Source: Myxococcota bacterium (lineage in GTDB: Bacteria > Myxococcota_A > UBA9160 > UBA6930). Taken from it: 64,000 bases of DNA. The stretch is taken from NCBI GenBank assembly GCA_036560185.1, contig DATBRS010000247.1:6049-70048 (forward strand), read 5' to 3'. Within the stretch, counting starts at the first letter, position 1; every line of letters begins with the position of its first letter. The notes beneath the pieces were generated by a model. It saw nothing but the letters and a program-made list of their open reading frames with translations. It searched no databases and was not told the origin of the DNA. The translations under genes were made by a program, and so were the position numbers. Shown here one piece after another: positions 18,699 to 27,651 of the stretch.

Positions 18699-19472
18699 AT
18701 GTCGATGACGCTCGAGTCCCTCTTCTCCCTGCGCGGCAAAGTCGCGCTCGTGACCGGCGGCTCGCGCGGCATCGGCGAGATGATCGCGGCCGGCCTCGTC
18801 GGCGCGGGCGCGAAGGTCTACATCGCCGCACGCAAACGCGCCGAGTGCGACGAGGCGCTCGCGCGCCTCGGCGCGAACACCCACGCGATCGTCGCGGATC
18901 TCGGCACGCAAGCCGGCTCACGCGCGCTCGCGACGGAGCTCGCGGCCCGCGAGCCGAAGCTGCACGTGCTCGTCAACAACGCGGGCGCGAACTGGGGCGC
19001 GCCGCTGCGCGAGTTCCCGGAGTCGGGCTGGGACAAGGTGATGGATCTCAACCTGAAGGCGGTGTTCGATCTCACGCGCTTCCTCATCCCGCAGCTCGAG
19101 GCCGCGGCGGCGCCCGGCGATCCGGCGCGCGTCATCAACGTGGGCTCGATCGACGGCATCCAGGTGCCGCTGCTCGAGACTTACGCCTACTCCGCGAGCA
19201 AGGCCGCCGTGCACCACATGAGCGCGGTGCTCGCGAAGAAGCTCGCGCCGGCCATTACGGTGAACGCGATCGCACCGGGCCCGTTCGAGAGCAAGATGAT
19301 GCACGAGACGCTCGAGAAGTTCGGCGAGGGCATCAAGAAGAGCTGCCCGATGAAGCGCATCGGCGAGCCCGAGGACATGGCCGGCGTGGCGGTCTACCTC
19401 GCGTCGCGCGCGGGCGCCTACCTCACCGGCGCCGTGATTCCCGTCGACGGCGGCATCTCGACCACGCGCTGA
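18699..19472 (+). CDS. SDR-family oxidoreductase (RhlG/FabG-like)
   Basis: ATG at 18699 with a GAGGAG SD. It has the TGGSRGIG cofactor motif, NNAG, and the YSASK catalytic motif. The 1016-aa track ORF is an artefact upstream of this start. Confidence 0.85.
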   Translation: MSMTLESLFSLRGKVALVTGGSRGIGEMIAAGLVGAGAKVYIAARKRAECDEALARLGANTHAIVADLGTQAGSRALATELAAREPKLHVLVNNAGANWGAPLREFPESGWDKVMDLNLKAVFDLTRFLIPQLEAAAAPGDPARVINVGSIDGIQVPLLETYAYSASKAAVHHMSAVLAKKLAPAITVNAIAPGPFESKMMHETLEKFGEGIKKSCPMKRIGEPEDMAGVAVYLASRAGAYLTGAVIPVDGGISTTR

Positions 19473-19529
19473 TGCGTCCGGCGCGGCGCTCGGCGCCCTA
19501 CTGCGCTATCGCGCGCACGAGGAGACGAC

Positions 19530-20000
19530 GTGACTGAACGACCTGCCCAATCGACCGAGGCGGAGCTGCGCCGCGCGAAGCCGTTCATCAAGGCGATGAG
19601 CGCCGCGAACGTCTGGCTGTTTCGCCTGACGGGCGGGCGCATCGGCGCGAAGTTCCCCAACCACGGCTCGCCGGTCGGCTTGCTCACGACGCAGGGGCGC
19701 AAGTCCGGCGCGAAGCGCATCGCGCCGCTGATCTACCTGGCCGACGGCCCGCGCATCGTGCTGGTCGCCTCGCAGGGCGGGCTGCCGAAGCACCCGGTGT
19801 GGTTCCTCAACCTCGAGGCGAGCGGCGACGTCTCCTTCGAGACGCGCGAGACGGGCGTGCGCGCCTACCGCGCGCGGCGAGCGAGCGCGCAGGAGAAGAC
19901 CGCGCTCTGGCCGCGCCTGTGCGAGGTCTACCCCGACTACGCGAGTTATCAGGCGCGCACCGACCGCGACATCCCGGTGGTGGTGCTCGAGCCGCGCTGA
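19530..20000 (+). CDS. Deazaflavin (F420)-dependent nitroreductase-family protein (DUF385/Ddn-like)
   Basis: GTG start with a GGAG SD. The pattern RLTGGRIGAKF...LLTTQGRKSGAKRIAPLIYLADGPRIVLVASQGGLPKHPVWFLNL...YQARTDRDIPVVVLEP is characteristic of the family. Confidence 0.75.
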   Translation: MTERPAQSTEAELRRAKPFIKAMSAANVWLFRLTGGRIGAKFPNHGSPVGLLTTQGRKSGAKRIAPLIYLADGPRIVLVASQGGLPKHPVWFLNLEASGDVSFETRETGVRAYRARRASAQEKTALWPRLCEVYPDYASYQARTDRDIPVVVLEPR

Positions 20001-20008
20001 GCGCCGGC

Positions 20009-21550
20009 TCACTCCGCTCTCGGCGCGAGCTCCGGCTGCGGGTCCAGCGGCACGAGCCGCCGGCCGCGAATGCCCGGGTGATCGGGCGGGATCCGCGCGG
20101 CGCGAAACACCGCGTACGGCTGGTTCTCCGGCACCGGCTGCGGGCGCGTGCCGTCCGCCAGCAGCACGCTTCCGGAGTACGGATTCAGGAACTCCCACGC
20201 GATCTCGCCGCTCGGCGTCACCTCGAACAGCCGCCCCTGCGGCCCCGAGCAGATCAGCGTGTTCCCATTCTTCGTGCGCTGCGCGCCGGAGATGAACTCG
20301 GCGTAGAAGCTCGCGCGCGGCTCCCCGACGTAGCGCCAAGCCGCGGCGCGCGGCGCATACGGCTTCCCGTCCGCGAGCGCGTAGAGCCCGCTCGCGAGCA
20401 GCGGCGGCGCGATCTCCTCGACCGACGACCACTTCCCGCTCTGCCCGCCCGCATCGTTGTTGAAGATCATCAGGTGGCCGGCTCCGCGCAGGCCCTCCGG
20501 AATCCAGTGCGCGTCGTGCTGAGCGCCGAGGACTCTTTCCGCGGCGGCTCCGCGCCCGTAGGCGCTCGGGTTTCCCCAGCGATAGAGGATCTCGCCGCCG
20601 CGCCCGCGCTGCCCTCCGCGGCTCGCCGCTGCCTCGGCGCGGGTCGTGCCGTGATCGAGGATCCACAGCTCGCCGAGGTTCGGGACGCTGAGCGCGATCT
20701 GATCGAGCCCTGCGTGGTAGTCGATCGCGTTGATGTGGAGGAAGTCGGACTCGAGATCCTCGGCCTTGGCGTCGTCGGGCACGTAGCCGAGCGCCTTCAG
20801 CTGCGCGAGCTCCTGCTCCGTGACGGTCGGCTTCGGAGCGTCGGCGTTGATGTCGAGCTTGCCGGGATTCGCGCTCGGCTCGCCGTAGGTGTCCCCGGTC
20901 GCATCGAGGCCCTGCACGAGGTGATCCCACACGTGCCACTCCCAGACGATCGTGCCGCCGCGCGGGGGCTCGGGCTTCACCTCGAGCACGAAGTCCGGCC
21001 AGAGCCCCTGCTTCGGGATGCGATCGGCGCGGCGGCCCGCGCGCGCCGCCTGCGTGGGCGTCTTCGCTTCCCAGGCGAGCGCGAGCACGTTGCCGTTCGG
21101 CAGCGGCTCGATGTCGTGATGCAGCACCGCTCGCTCGCTCGCGAAGTTCCAGGCCCAGAGCTCCTCGCCGTCCCACGCGAGGCGCTCGATCCAGCCGCCG
21201 ACCCCGCCCGTGCGGAAGTGCTCGAAGTCGAGGTCGCGCCCGAGGCGCAGCAGCGAGCCGTCCGCTTGCAGGATCTGGTCGCCGCCCGGCGAGGTGACTG
21301 CTTTCCAGAGGTGGACGACGCGCCCCTCGTTGTCGATTAGGTAGGTCACGTTCGAGAGCAAGGGGCTGAACAGCACGTAGCCGGGCGAGGCTCGAGCGCT
21401 CGTTTTCACGAGGCCGCGCGCCGACGCCTCGGCCGCGGGCGGCGCGGCCGCCTGCGCGGGCTGGGTCGCCTCGGGCGGACGCGCCTCGCCGCACGCGAGC
21501 CCGAACGCCAAGCAGCCCACGAGCCACGCGATCGTCACGCGAGCCTTCAT
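20009..21550 (-). CDS. Arylsulfotransferase (ASST)-like beta-propeller lipoprotein
   Basis: ATG at 21550 with a GGGGAGAGG SD. Lipobox MKARVTIAWLVGCLAFGLAC. Motifs such as LHHDIEPLPNGNVLALAWE and HINAIDYHAGLDQIALSVPNLGELWILDHGTT resemble the arylsulfotransferase family. The family call is tentative. Confidence 0.55.
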   Translation of the reverse strand: MKARVTIAWLVGCLAFGLACGEARPPEATQPAQAAAPPAAEASARGLVKTSARASPGYVLFSPLLSNVTYLIDNEGRVVHLWKAVTSPGGDQILQADGSLLRLGRDLDFEHFRTGGVGGWIERLAWDGEELWAWNFASERAVLHHDIEPLPNGNVLALAWEAKTPTQAARAGRRADRIPKQGLWPDFVLEVKPEPPRGGTIVWEWHVWDHLVQGLDATGDTYGEPSANPGKLDINADAPKPTVTEQELAQLKALGYVPDDAKAEDLESDFLHINAIDYHAGLDQIALSVPNLGELWILDHGTTRAEAAASRGGQRGRGGEILYRWGNPSAYGRGAAAERVLGAQHDAHWIPEGLRGAGHLMIFNNDAGGQSGKWSSVEEIAPPLLASGLYALADGKPYAPRAAAWRYVGEPRASFYAEFISGAQRTKNGNTLICSGPQGRLFEVTPSGEIAWEFLNPYSGSVLLADGTRPQPVPENQPYAVFRAARIPPDHPGIRGRRLVPLDPQPELAPRAE

Positions 21551-21592
21551 CGCCTCTCCCCGAGCGCTTAGTATGCGCGCTGGGGAGGATGC

Positions 21593-23374
21593 ATGCGCCC
21601 GCATCGCTCGACACTCGCGCTCGGCGCCACGCCGCTCGCGGCCGCCCTAATCGCTTGCGCCACCGCGACGGCGCCGCCTCCACCCCCCGCGGATTTGGTG
21701 CTGCGCGGCGGGCAGATCTTCAGCGCGGGCGCGAGCGATTCGCTCGCCGAAGCGCTCGCGGTGCGCGGCGGCCGCGTCGTCTTCGTCGGCGACGACACCG
21801 AGGCCGCGCGCTACATCGGCCTGGCGACGCGTGTCGTCGAGCTGGCGGGAAAGTTCGTCATGCCCGGCATCGTGGACGGGCACGTACACCCGTTGAAGGG
21901 CGGGCAGATCCTCTCCTCGTGCTCGCTCAAGTACGAGGCGCTGACGCGCACCCAGCTGCGCGACCGCGTGGCCGCCTGCCTCGCGGCGGAGCCGAACGCT
22001 GGGCCCGACGACTGGCTCGAGGTGTGGACCTGGCAGGCGCAGGCGATCGTGCCGGCCGGCGCGCGCATCACGAAGAAGACCCTCGATCGGCTCGACACCC
22101 GCCGGCCGATCCTCGTGCGCGGCGCCGACGGGCACAACGCGCTCGCGAACTCGCGCGCGCTCGCCATCGCCGGCATCAGCGCGGACACGCTCGATCCTCC
22201 CGGCGGCAAGCTGCTGCGCGATCCGGACGGCGCGCCGAACGGCTACCTGGTCGATGGCGGCATCGCGCTGGTCGCCTCCGCGCTGCCGCCCCTGACAGTC
22301 GAGACGCTCCAGCGTCACCTGACCGCCGCGCACGCCCACATGCTCGAGATCGGCGTCACGTCCTACCTCGCAGCCGCGGTGACCACGGATCAGCTCGCGG
22401 CCTGGATGCCGACGCCGCCTGGCCCGCGCGCGCACCTCGCGATTCTGGTGGACCCGACGATCGAGCGTGAGCCGAATCCGGTCGCCGCGCGCGTGCGCGC
22501 GCTGCGCGACGGCATGCGGCAGCCGAGCCTGCACATCGACACGATCAAGTTCTTCCTCGACGGCGTGATGGAGTACCCGGCGCAGACGGCGGCGCTGCTG
22601 TCGCCCTACCTCGGCGGCGACGACGGCGAGCTGTACGCGGATCCCGGCGTGCTCGCGCGCCTCGCGACGCGGCTCGAGGCGGACGGCTGGCAGCTGCACT
22701 TCCATGCGATCGGCGACCGCGCGGTGCGCACGGCGCTCGACGCGATCGCGGCCGCGCGCGCCGCGAACGGCCCGCGCGATGCGCGCCACACGCTGACGCA
22801 CCTCGAGCTCGTCGACCCTGCCGACGTAGAGCGCTTCGCTGCGCTGGGCGCGGTCGCCAACTTCTCTCCGCAGTGGGCGCAGCGCGACGCCTACACGATC
22901 GACACGCTCGAGCCCTACCTCGGCGGCGAGCGGCACGCGCGGCTCTACCCCGTGCGCGATCTGCTGAAGGCGGACGCGCGGGTTTCGTTCGGCAGCGACT
23001 GGCCCGTCGACTCGGACGATCGCCTCGACGCGATCGAGACGGCGGTGACGCGCGAGCGCGCGCAGCTCGAGCCGGGCGCCCTGCCCGGCGTGCTCGGGAA
23101 ATCGCAGCGCCTGAGCGTGGCCGAAGCGCTGCGCGCCTACACCGCGGGCGCGGCCTATCAGCTGCGCCGCGAGGCCGAGCTCGGCTCGCTCACGCCTGGC
23201 CTGCTCGCCGACTTCATCGTGCTCGACGGGAATCCGTTCGAGATCCCGCACCACGAGATCTCGGAGCTGCGCGTGCTCGAAACCTGGATGGACGGCACGC
23301 GGGTGTACGCGCGCGACCCCGCGCTCGCGGCGGGCGCGTCTCCGCCGCCGGTCGGCGCCGGCCCGCGGCCCTGA
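21593..23374 (+). CDS. Amidohydrolase-family (Amidohydro_3/YtcJ-like) metal-dependent hydrolase, lipoprotein
   Basis: 593 aa. The N-terminus MRPHRSTLALGATPLAAALIAC has a lipobox. It contains PGIVDGHVHP metal-binding, HFHAIGDRAV, and a C-terminal GSDWPV motif. Confidence 0.8.
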   Translation: MRPHRSTLALGATPLAAALIACATATAPPPPPADLVLRGGQIFSAGASDSLAEALAVRGGRVVFVGDDTEAARYIGLATRVVELAGKFVMPGIVDGHVHPLKGGQILSSCSLKYEALTRTQLRDRVAACLAAEPNAGPDDWLEVWTWQAQAIVPAGARITKKTLDRLDTRRPILVRGADGHNALANSRALAIAGISADTLDPPGGKLLRDPDGAPNGYLVDGGIALVASALPPLTVETLQRHLTAAHAHMLEIGVTSYLAAAVTTDQLAAWMPTPPGPRAHLAILVDPTIEREPNPVAARVRALRDGMRQPSLHIDTIKFFLDGVMEYPAQTAALLSPYLGGDDGELYADPGVLARLATRLEADGWQLHFHAIGDRAVRTALDAIAAARAANGPRDARHTLTHLELVDPADVERFAALGAVANFSPQWAQRDAYTIDTLEPYLGGERHARLYPVRDLLKADARVSFGSDWPVDSDDRLDAIETAVTRERAQLEPGALPGVLGKSQRLSVAEALRAYTAGAAYQLRREAELGSLTPGLLADFIVLDGNPFEIPHHEISELRVLETWMDGTRVYARDPALAAGASPPPVGAGPRP

Positions 23375-23491
23375 AGCCGCGGCTTCGTTCGGCTTTCGCT
23401 TCGCGCCGCGGCCCGTAGCTTTCGGCGCATCGCGCCAATGCTCAAGCTGAACGCGCGGCGACCGAAGGCGCATGCATCGAGGGACTCGAGC

Positions 23492-24667
23492 ATGGCGACC
23501 TCGCACTCTGCGGCGACCGATCTCAAGCGCTTCGACGTGCAGCCCGAGCGCGGCTTCCTGCCGGAGCACGACCCGGAGCGCGCGCTGCCCGCGCCGCTCG
23601 CGCTCTGGCAAGAGCTCGCGAGCGAGCTGCCGAAGCGGCTCGCCGCGCGGCGCGTGCGCAGCGCCGTGCGCGCGCTGCCGCGCTTCGAGCTCGCGGCGTT
23701 GCGCTCGCCCGCCGAGGAGCGCGCGGCGATGCGCGCGCTCTCGTTCCTCGGCCACGCGTACGTGTGGGAAGGCGCGTCGCCCGAGGCCACGCTCCCCCAA
23801 CAACTCGCCGCGCCGTGGAGCGCGCTCGCGAGCAAGCTCGGGCGGCCGCCGATTCTCTCGTACGGCTCCTACGCCCTCGACAACTGGCGCCGCTTCGATG
23901 CGCGCGGCCCACTGACGGTCGACAACCTCGCCATCCTGCAGAACTTCCTGGGCGGCCAGGACGAGGATTGGTTCATCCTGATCCACGTCGAGATCGAGGC
24001 GCTCGCCGCGCGCGCGCTGAACGCGGCGCTGCCCGCGCTCGCCGCCGCGCGCGCGGGCGACGCCTCGGCGCTCACGGCGCGGCTCGAGGAAGTCGCCGGC
24101 GCGCTCGAAGCCATGCTCGCCACGCTGCGCCGCATGCCGGAACGCTGCGACCCGTTCATCTACTTCCGGCGCGTGCGGCCCTTCATCCACGGCTGGAAGA
24201 ACCACCCCGCGCTGCCGGACGGCGTCCGCTACGAGGGCGCCGCCGAGCTGCCCGGCCCGCAGCGGCTGCGCGGCGAGACAGGCGCGCAGAGCACGATCGT
24301 GCCCGTGCTGGATGCCCTGCTGGGTGTCGCACACGCGCCGGATCCGCTGCGCGAGTACCTCGACGAGATGCGCGCCTACATGCCGCCCGGGCACCGCGGC
24401 TTCCTCGCGCACGTCGAGGCCGGGGGCAGCGTGCGCGGCGCGGTGCGCGAGCTACGCGGCAGCCATCCGGAGCTCGCGGAAATGTACGATGCATGCCTGC
24501 GCTGGCTCGAGGCGTTTCGCTCGCTGCATCTCGAGTACGCCGCGAGCTACATCCACACGCAGGGCGGCGGCGCCGCGAACCCGAGCGACGTCGGCACCGG
24601 CGGCACGCCGTTCATGCGGTATCTCGCCAAGCATCGCGACGAGACGGCGAAGCACCGCGTGAGCTGA
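23492..24667 (+). CDS. Indoleamine 2,3-dioxygenase (IDO)-like heme dioxygenase
   Basis: The sequences LSFLGHAYVWE, PPILSYGSYALDNWR, RGETGAQSTIVPVLDALLG and GTGGTPFMRYLAKHRDET parallel conserved IDO blocks (GGSAGQSS; GTGGT...L). I chose the ATG at 23492 (GAGGGA upstream) over 23438. Confidence 0.65.
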   Translation: MATSHSAATDLKRFDVQPERGFLPEHDPERALPAPLALWQELASELPKRLAARRVRSAVRALPRFELAALRSPAEERAAMRALSFLGHAYVWEGASPEATLPQQLAAPWSALASKLGRPPILSYGSYALDNWRRFDARGPLTVDNLAILQNFLGGQDEDWFILIHVEIEALAARALNAALPALAAARAGDASALTARLEEVAGALEAMLATLRRMPERCDPFIYFRRVRPFIHGWKNHPALPDGVRYEGAAELPGPQRLRGETGAQSTIVPVLDALLGVAHAPDPLREYLDEMRAYMPPGHRGFLAHVEAGGSVRGAVRELRGSHPELAEMYDACLRWLEAFRSLHLEYAASYIHTQGGGAANPSDVGTGGTPFMRYLAKHRDETAKHRVS

Positions 24668-25242
24668 TGCGCAGTCGCCGCTTCGCGCACAGGCGAGCCA
24701 CAGCGCTCCGCAGCGGCGCCCTCGCGCTGCTCGTGGCGGCGCTAGTGCCCTCGCCGGCGCGAGCCGGCGACGGCTTCGAGACCTTCGGCGACGTGATGCG
24801 CGTGGCGCTGCCCGCCGCCGCGCTCGGAATCTCGGCGGTGAAGCGCGACGGGGACGGCGCCCTGCAGCTCGCCGCCAGCGCCGTGCCGACCTTCGCGCTC
24901 ACCTACGGGCTGAAGGCCGTCGTGCACGAGGAGCGCCCGGATCACTCGGGCGACGATTCCTTCCCGTCGGGCCACGCGTCGTCCGCGTTCCTAGGCGCGT
25001 CCTATCTGCACTACCGCTACGGCTGGAAGTATGGCCTGCCGGCCTACACGCTCGCTGCGCTCGTGGGCGCGAGCCGCGTCGAGGCGGACAAGCACTTCGT
25101 GCACGACGTGCTCGCGAGCGCCGCGATCGCGAACCTCTCGGCGTACTTCCTGACCGACCCCGCGAACGACCGCGTGTTCCTCTTCCCGTATTGCGACACG
25201 CGCAAGCGATCGTTCGGGATCGTGGCGTCACTGCGCTTCTAG
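24667..25242 (+). CDS. PAP2-family (type 2 phosphatidic-acid-phosphatase-like) phosphatase, secreted/outer-membrane-like
   Basis: The ATG overlaps the IDO stop (TGATG). Signal peptide ...ALALLVAALVPSPARAGD. All three PAP2 motifs are present: KAVVHEERP, PSGH and SRVEADKHFVHD. The protein ends in ...ASLRF, an aromatic terminus. Confidence 0.8.
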   Translation: MRSRRFAHRRATALRSGALALLVAALVPSPARAGDGFETFGDVMRVALPAAALGISAVKRDGDGALQLAASAVPTFALTYGLKAVVHEERPDHSGDDSFPSGHASSAFLGASYLHYRYGWKYGLPAYTLAALVGASRVEADKHFVHDVLASAAIANLSAYFLTDPANDRVFLFPYCDTRKRSFGIVASLRF

Positions 25243-25317
25243 CCGCGCGCGCGGCCGAGATCCGGCGCCGCGCCCGGCTGCCGCGGTAGGATGCGCGCCT
25301 TTGCCGGAGGCGCTCGC

Positions 25318-26493
25318 ATGGATCTTCGTTTCACGCCGGAGCAGGAGAAATTTCGCGCCGAGGTGCGCGCGTGGCTCGCCGCGAATCTCGCGCGGCCCTG
25401 GAGCGCGGAGGTGCGCGATCCGAAGCACGACGCGAACTCGCTCGTCGAGCTGCGCCGCGCCTGGCAGAAGAAGCTGCACGCCGCGGGCTACCTCGGCATG
25501 GGCTGGGCACCGGAATGGGGCGGCCGCGGCGCGACACCCGTCGAGGAGGCGATCTTCACTGAAGAGCTCTACCGCGCCGACGCGCCGCAGATCCCGAATT
25601 TCTTGGGGATCTCGCTGCTCGGCCCGGCGCTGATCCACCACGGCAGCGAGGAGCAGCGCCGCCGCTTCATCCCGAAGATGCTCGACGGCTCCGAGATCTG
25701 GTGCCAAGGCTTCAGCGAGCCGGGCTCGGGCTCCGACCTCGCGTCGCTGCGCACGCGCGCCGAGCCCGACGGCGAGCACTTCCGCATCTACGGCCAGAAG
25801 GTGTGGACCACCTTCGGCCCGTGGGCGGACTGGATCTTCGTGCTCGCGCGCACCGACCTCGACGATCGTTACGGCGGCATCTCGTTCTTCCTGATGCCGA
25901 TCGCGCAGAAGGGCGTCGAGATGCGCGGCATTCGCCAGATCACCGGCGAATCGGAGTTCGGCGAGGTGTTCTTCGATGGCGGCCTCGCGCGCCGCGAGCA
26001 CATCGTCGGCAAGATCGGTGAGGGCTGGAAGGTGGCGATGACGCTGCTCGGCTACGAGCGCGGCGGCTCGACGCTCGCCTACCCCGCCGAGTACGACCGC
26101 TACCTCGGCGGCCTCGCCGCGGGCCTGCGCGAGAACGGGCTGCTGGACCGCGCCGACGCGCGCGAGAAGCTCGGCCGGCTCGTGGTCGAGAACGAGGTGA
26201 TGCGCGGCAACGGCATGCGCAACCTCGCGAACATCGCCTCGGGCAACAAACCCGGGCCGGAGTCGTCGATCGAGAAGATCTTCTGGAGCGAGTACGCGAA
26301 GCGGCTGACGGACACGGCGCTCGACTTGTTGGGGCCGCAGGCGCAGCTCCAAGACACGAGCGCGAGCGCGCGCGCCGACGTGAACTGGGCCTACGAGTTC
26401 CTGTGGAGCCGCGCGGGCACGATCTACTCGGGCTCGAGCGAGATCCAGCGCAACATCATCGCGAAGCGCGTGCTCAGAATGCCGACTCGTTGA
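25318..26493 (+). CDS. Acyl-CoA dehydrogenase family protein
   Basis: ATG at 25318 with a GGAGG SD. It contains WCQGFSEPGSGSDLASL and YSGSSEIQRNIIAKRVL, which are typical of ACADs. Confidence 0.85.
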   Translation: MDLRFTPEQEKFRAEVRAWLAANLARPWSAEVRDPKHDANSLVELRRAWQKKLHAAGYLGMGWAPEWGGRGATPVEEAIFTEELYRADAPQIPNFLGISLLGPALIHHGSEEQRRRFIPKMLDGSEIWCQGFSEPGSGSDLASLRTRAEPDGEHFRIYGQKVWTTFGPWADWIFVLARTDLDDRYGGISFFLMPIAQKGVEMRGIRQITGESEFGEVFFDGGLARREHIVGKIGEGWKVAMTLLGYERGGSTLAYPAEYDRYLGGLAAGLRENGLLDRADAREKLGRLVVENEVMRGNGMRNLANIASGNKPGPESSIEKIFWSEYAKRLTDTALDLLGPQAQLQDTSASARADVNWAYEFLWSRAGTIYSGSSEIQRNIIAKRVLRMPTR

Positions 26494-26572
26494 ACTTCGC
26501 TCGGCTGCGCCTCGCTGCGCGCGGCCTGCGGCCGCTTGCGGCCGCGCTCACGGACACGGGAGAAGACTGAAG

Positions 26573-27649
26573 ATGCAATTCGCACTCGACGAAGATCGCG
26601 CGCTGCTCGCGCGCTCGACGCGCGAGCTCCTCGTGAAGGAGGCGCCGCTCGCGACGAACCGCCAAGTCATGGAGAGTGAGCCGGCGGGCTACTCGAAGGC
26701 GCTCTTCCGGCAGCTCGGCGAGCTCGGCTACCCGAGCCTGCTGCTCTCGGAAGAGCAAGGCGGCCTCGGCGCCATCGCATTCGCGGCGGTGCTGCACGAG
26801 ATGGGGCGCGTCGCGCTGCCCGGGCCGTTCCTCGACCTCGCGCTCGCGATCCACGTGCTCGCGGGCAGCGCGAGCGACGCCGCGAAGCCGTGGCTCGCGC
26901 GCGCGTCGGCGGGCGATGCGCTGGTCGTGCTCGCGCGCGGCGAATCGCTGACGAGCGGCGACGCGGGCGCGCCGAGCGCGACGTTCGCGGGCGGCAGCGT
27001 GAAGGGCGTGAAGCGCTTCGTCCCGTTCGGGCTGCAGGCGGACGCGCTGATCGTCGAGACCAGCGGCGGCCTCGTGCTCGTGCCGAAGCCGGCGGCGGGC
27101 TGGAACGGCAAGCCGCTGCCGACGATCGACCACGCGCAGCGCTTCGCGGAGATCGCGCTCGATGCGCCCGGCAGCGTGCTGTGCAGCGGCCCCGCCGCGC
27201 GCACGGCGATCGACGCGATCGATCGGCTCGGCAGCCTCGGCGCGGCGGCGCTGCTGCTCGGGCTGATGGAGCGCGCGCTCGAGATCACGGTGGCGTACAC
27301 CATGGAGCGACAGGCATTCGGCGCGCCGATCGCGGGCTTCCAGGCGCTGCAGCACCGCGCCGCGGACATGCTGTTGCAGACGGAGAGCGCGCGGGCCTCC
27401 GTGTACCGCGCCGCGTTCGCTGCGGAACACCAGCCGGAGCAGGCGGCGTACCTGATCGCGGTCGCGAAGGCGTGGGCGGGCCCCGCCGCGCGGCTCGTGT
27501 GCGGCGAGGCGATCCAAATGCATGGCGGCGTCGGCTTCACCTGGGAGTACGACCCGCACGTCTATCTGAAGCGCGTGAAGACGCTCGAGCAGTTCTACGG
27601 CTCGACCCGCGCGCAGCTCGAGCAGGCGCTGCGGGCCAAGGGCTGGTGA
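26573..27649 (+). CDS. Acyl-CoA dehydrogenase family protein (second, shorter subunit-like paralog)
   Basis: 358 aa. The C-terminal ACAD domain includes RQAFGAPIAGFQALQHRAADM...GEAIQMHGGVGFTWEYDPHVYLKR. It lies directly downstream of another ACAD gene. Confidence 0.8.
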   Translation: MQFALDEDRALLARSTRELLVKEAPLATNRQVMESEPAGYSKALFRQLGELGYPSLLLSEEQGGLGAIAFAAVLHEMGRVALPGPFLDLALAIHVLAGSASDAAKPWLARASAGDALVVLARGESLTSGDAGAPSATFAGGSVKGVKRFVPFGLQADALIVETSGGLVLVPKPAAGWNGKPLPTIDHAQRFAEIALDAPGSVLCSGPAARTAIDAIDRLGSLGAAALLLGLMERALEITVAYTMERQAFGAPIAGFQALQHRAADMLLQTESARASVYRAAFAAEHQPEQAAYLIAVAKAWAGPAARLVCGEAIQMHGGVGFTWEYDPHVYLKRVKTLEQFYGSTRAQLEQALRAKGW

Positions 27650-27651
27650 GC

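Noticed and set aside
26494-26572. GC-rich palindromic stretch (GCGCGGCC...GCGGCCGCTTGCGGCCGCGC) between the two ACAD genes, as a regulatory element.
   Set aside because: Such GC palindromes (for example the 14-nt CGCGGCGCGCCGCG at about 15950) recur by chance at this GC content. There is no flanking U-tract or conserved motif to support a specific role.
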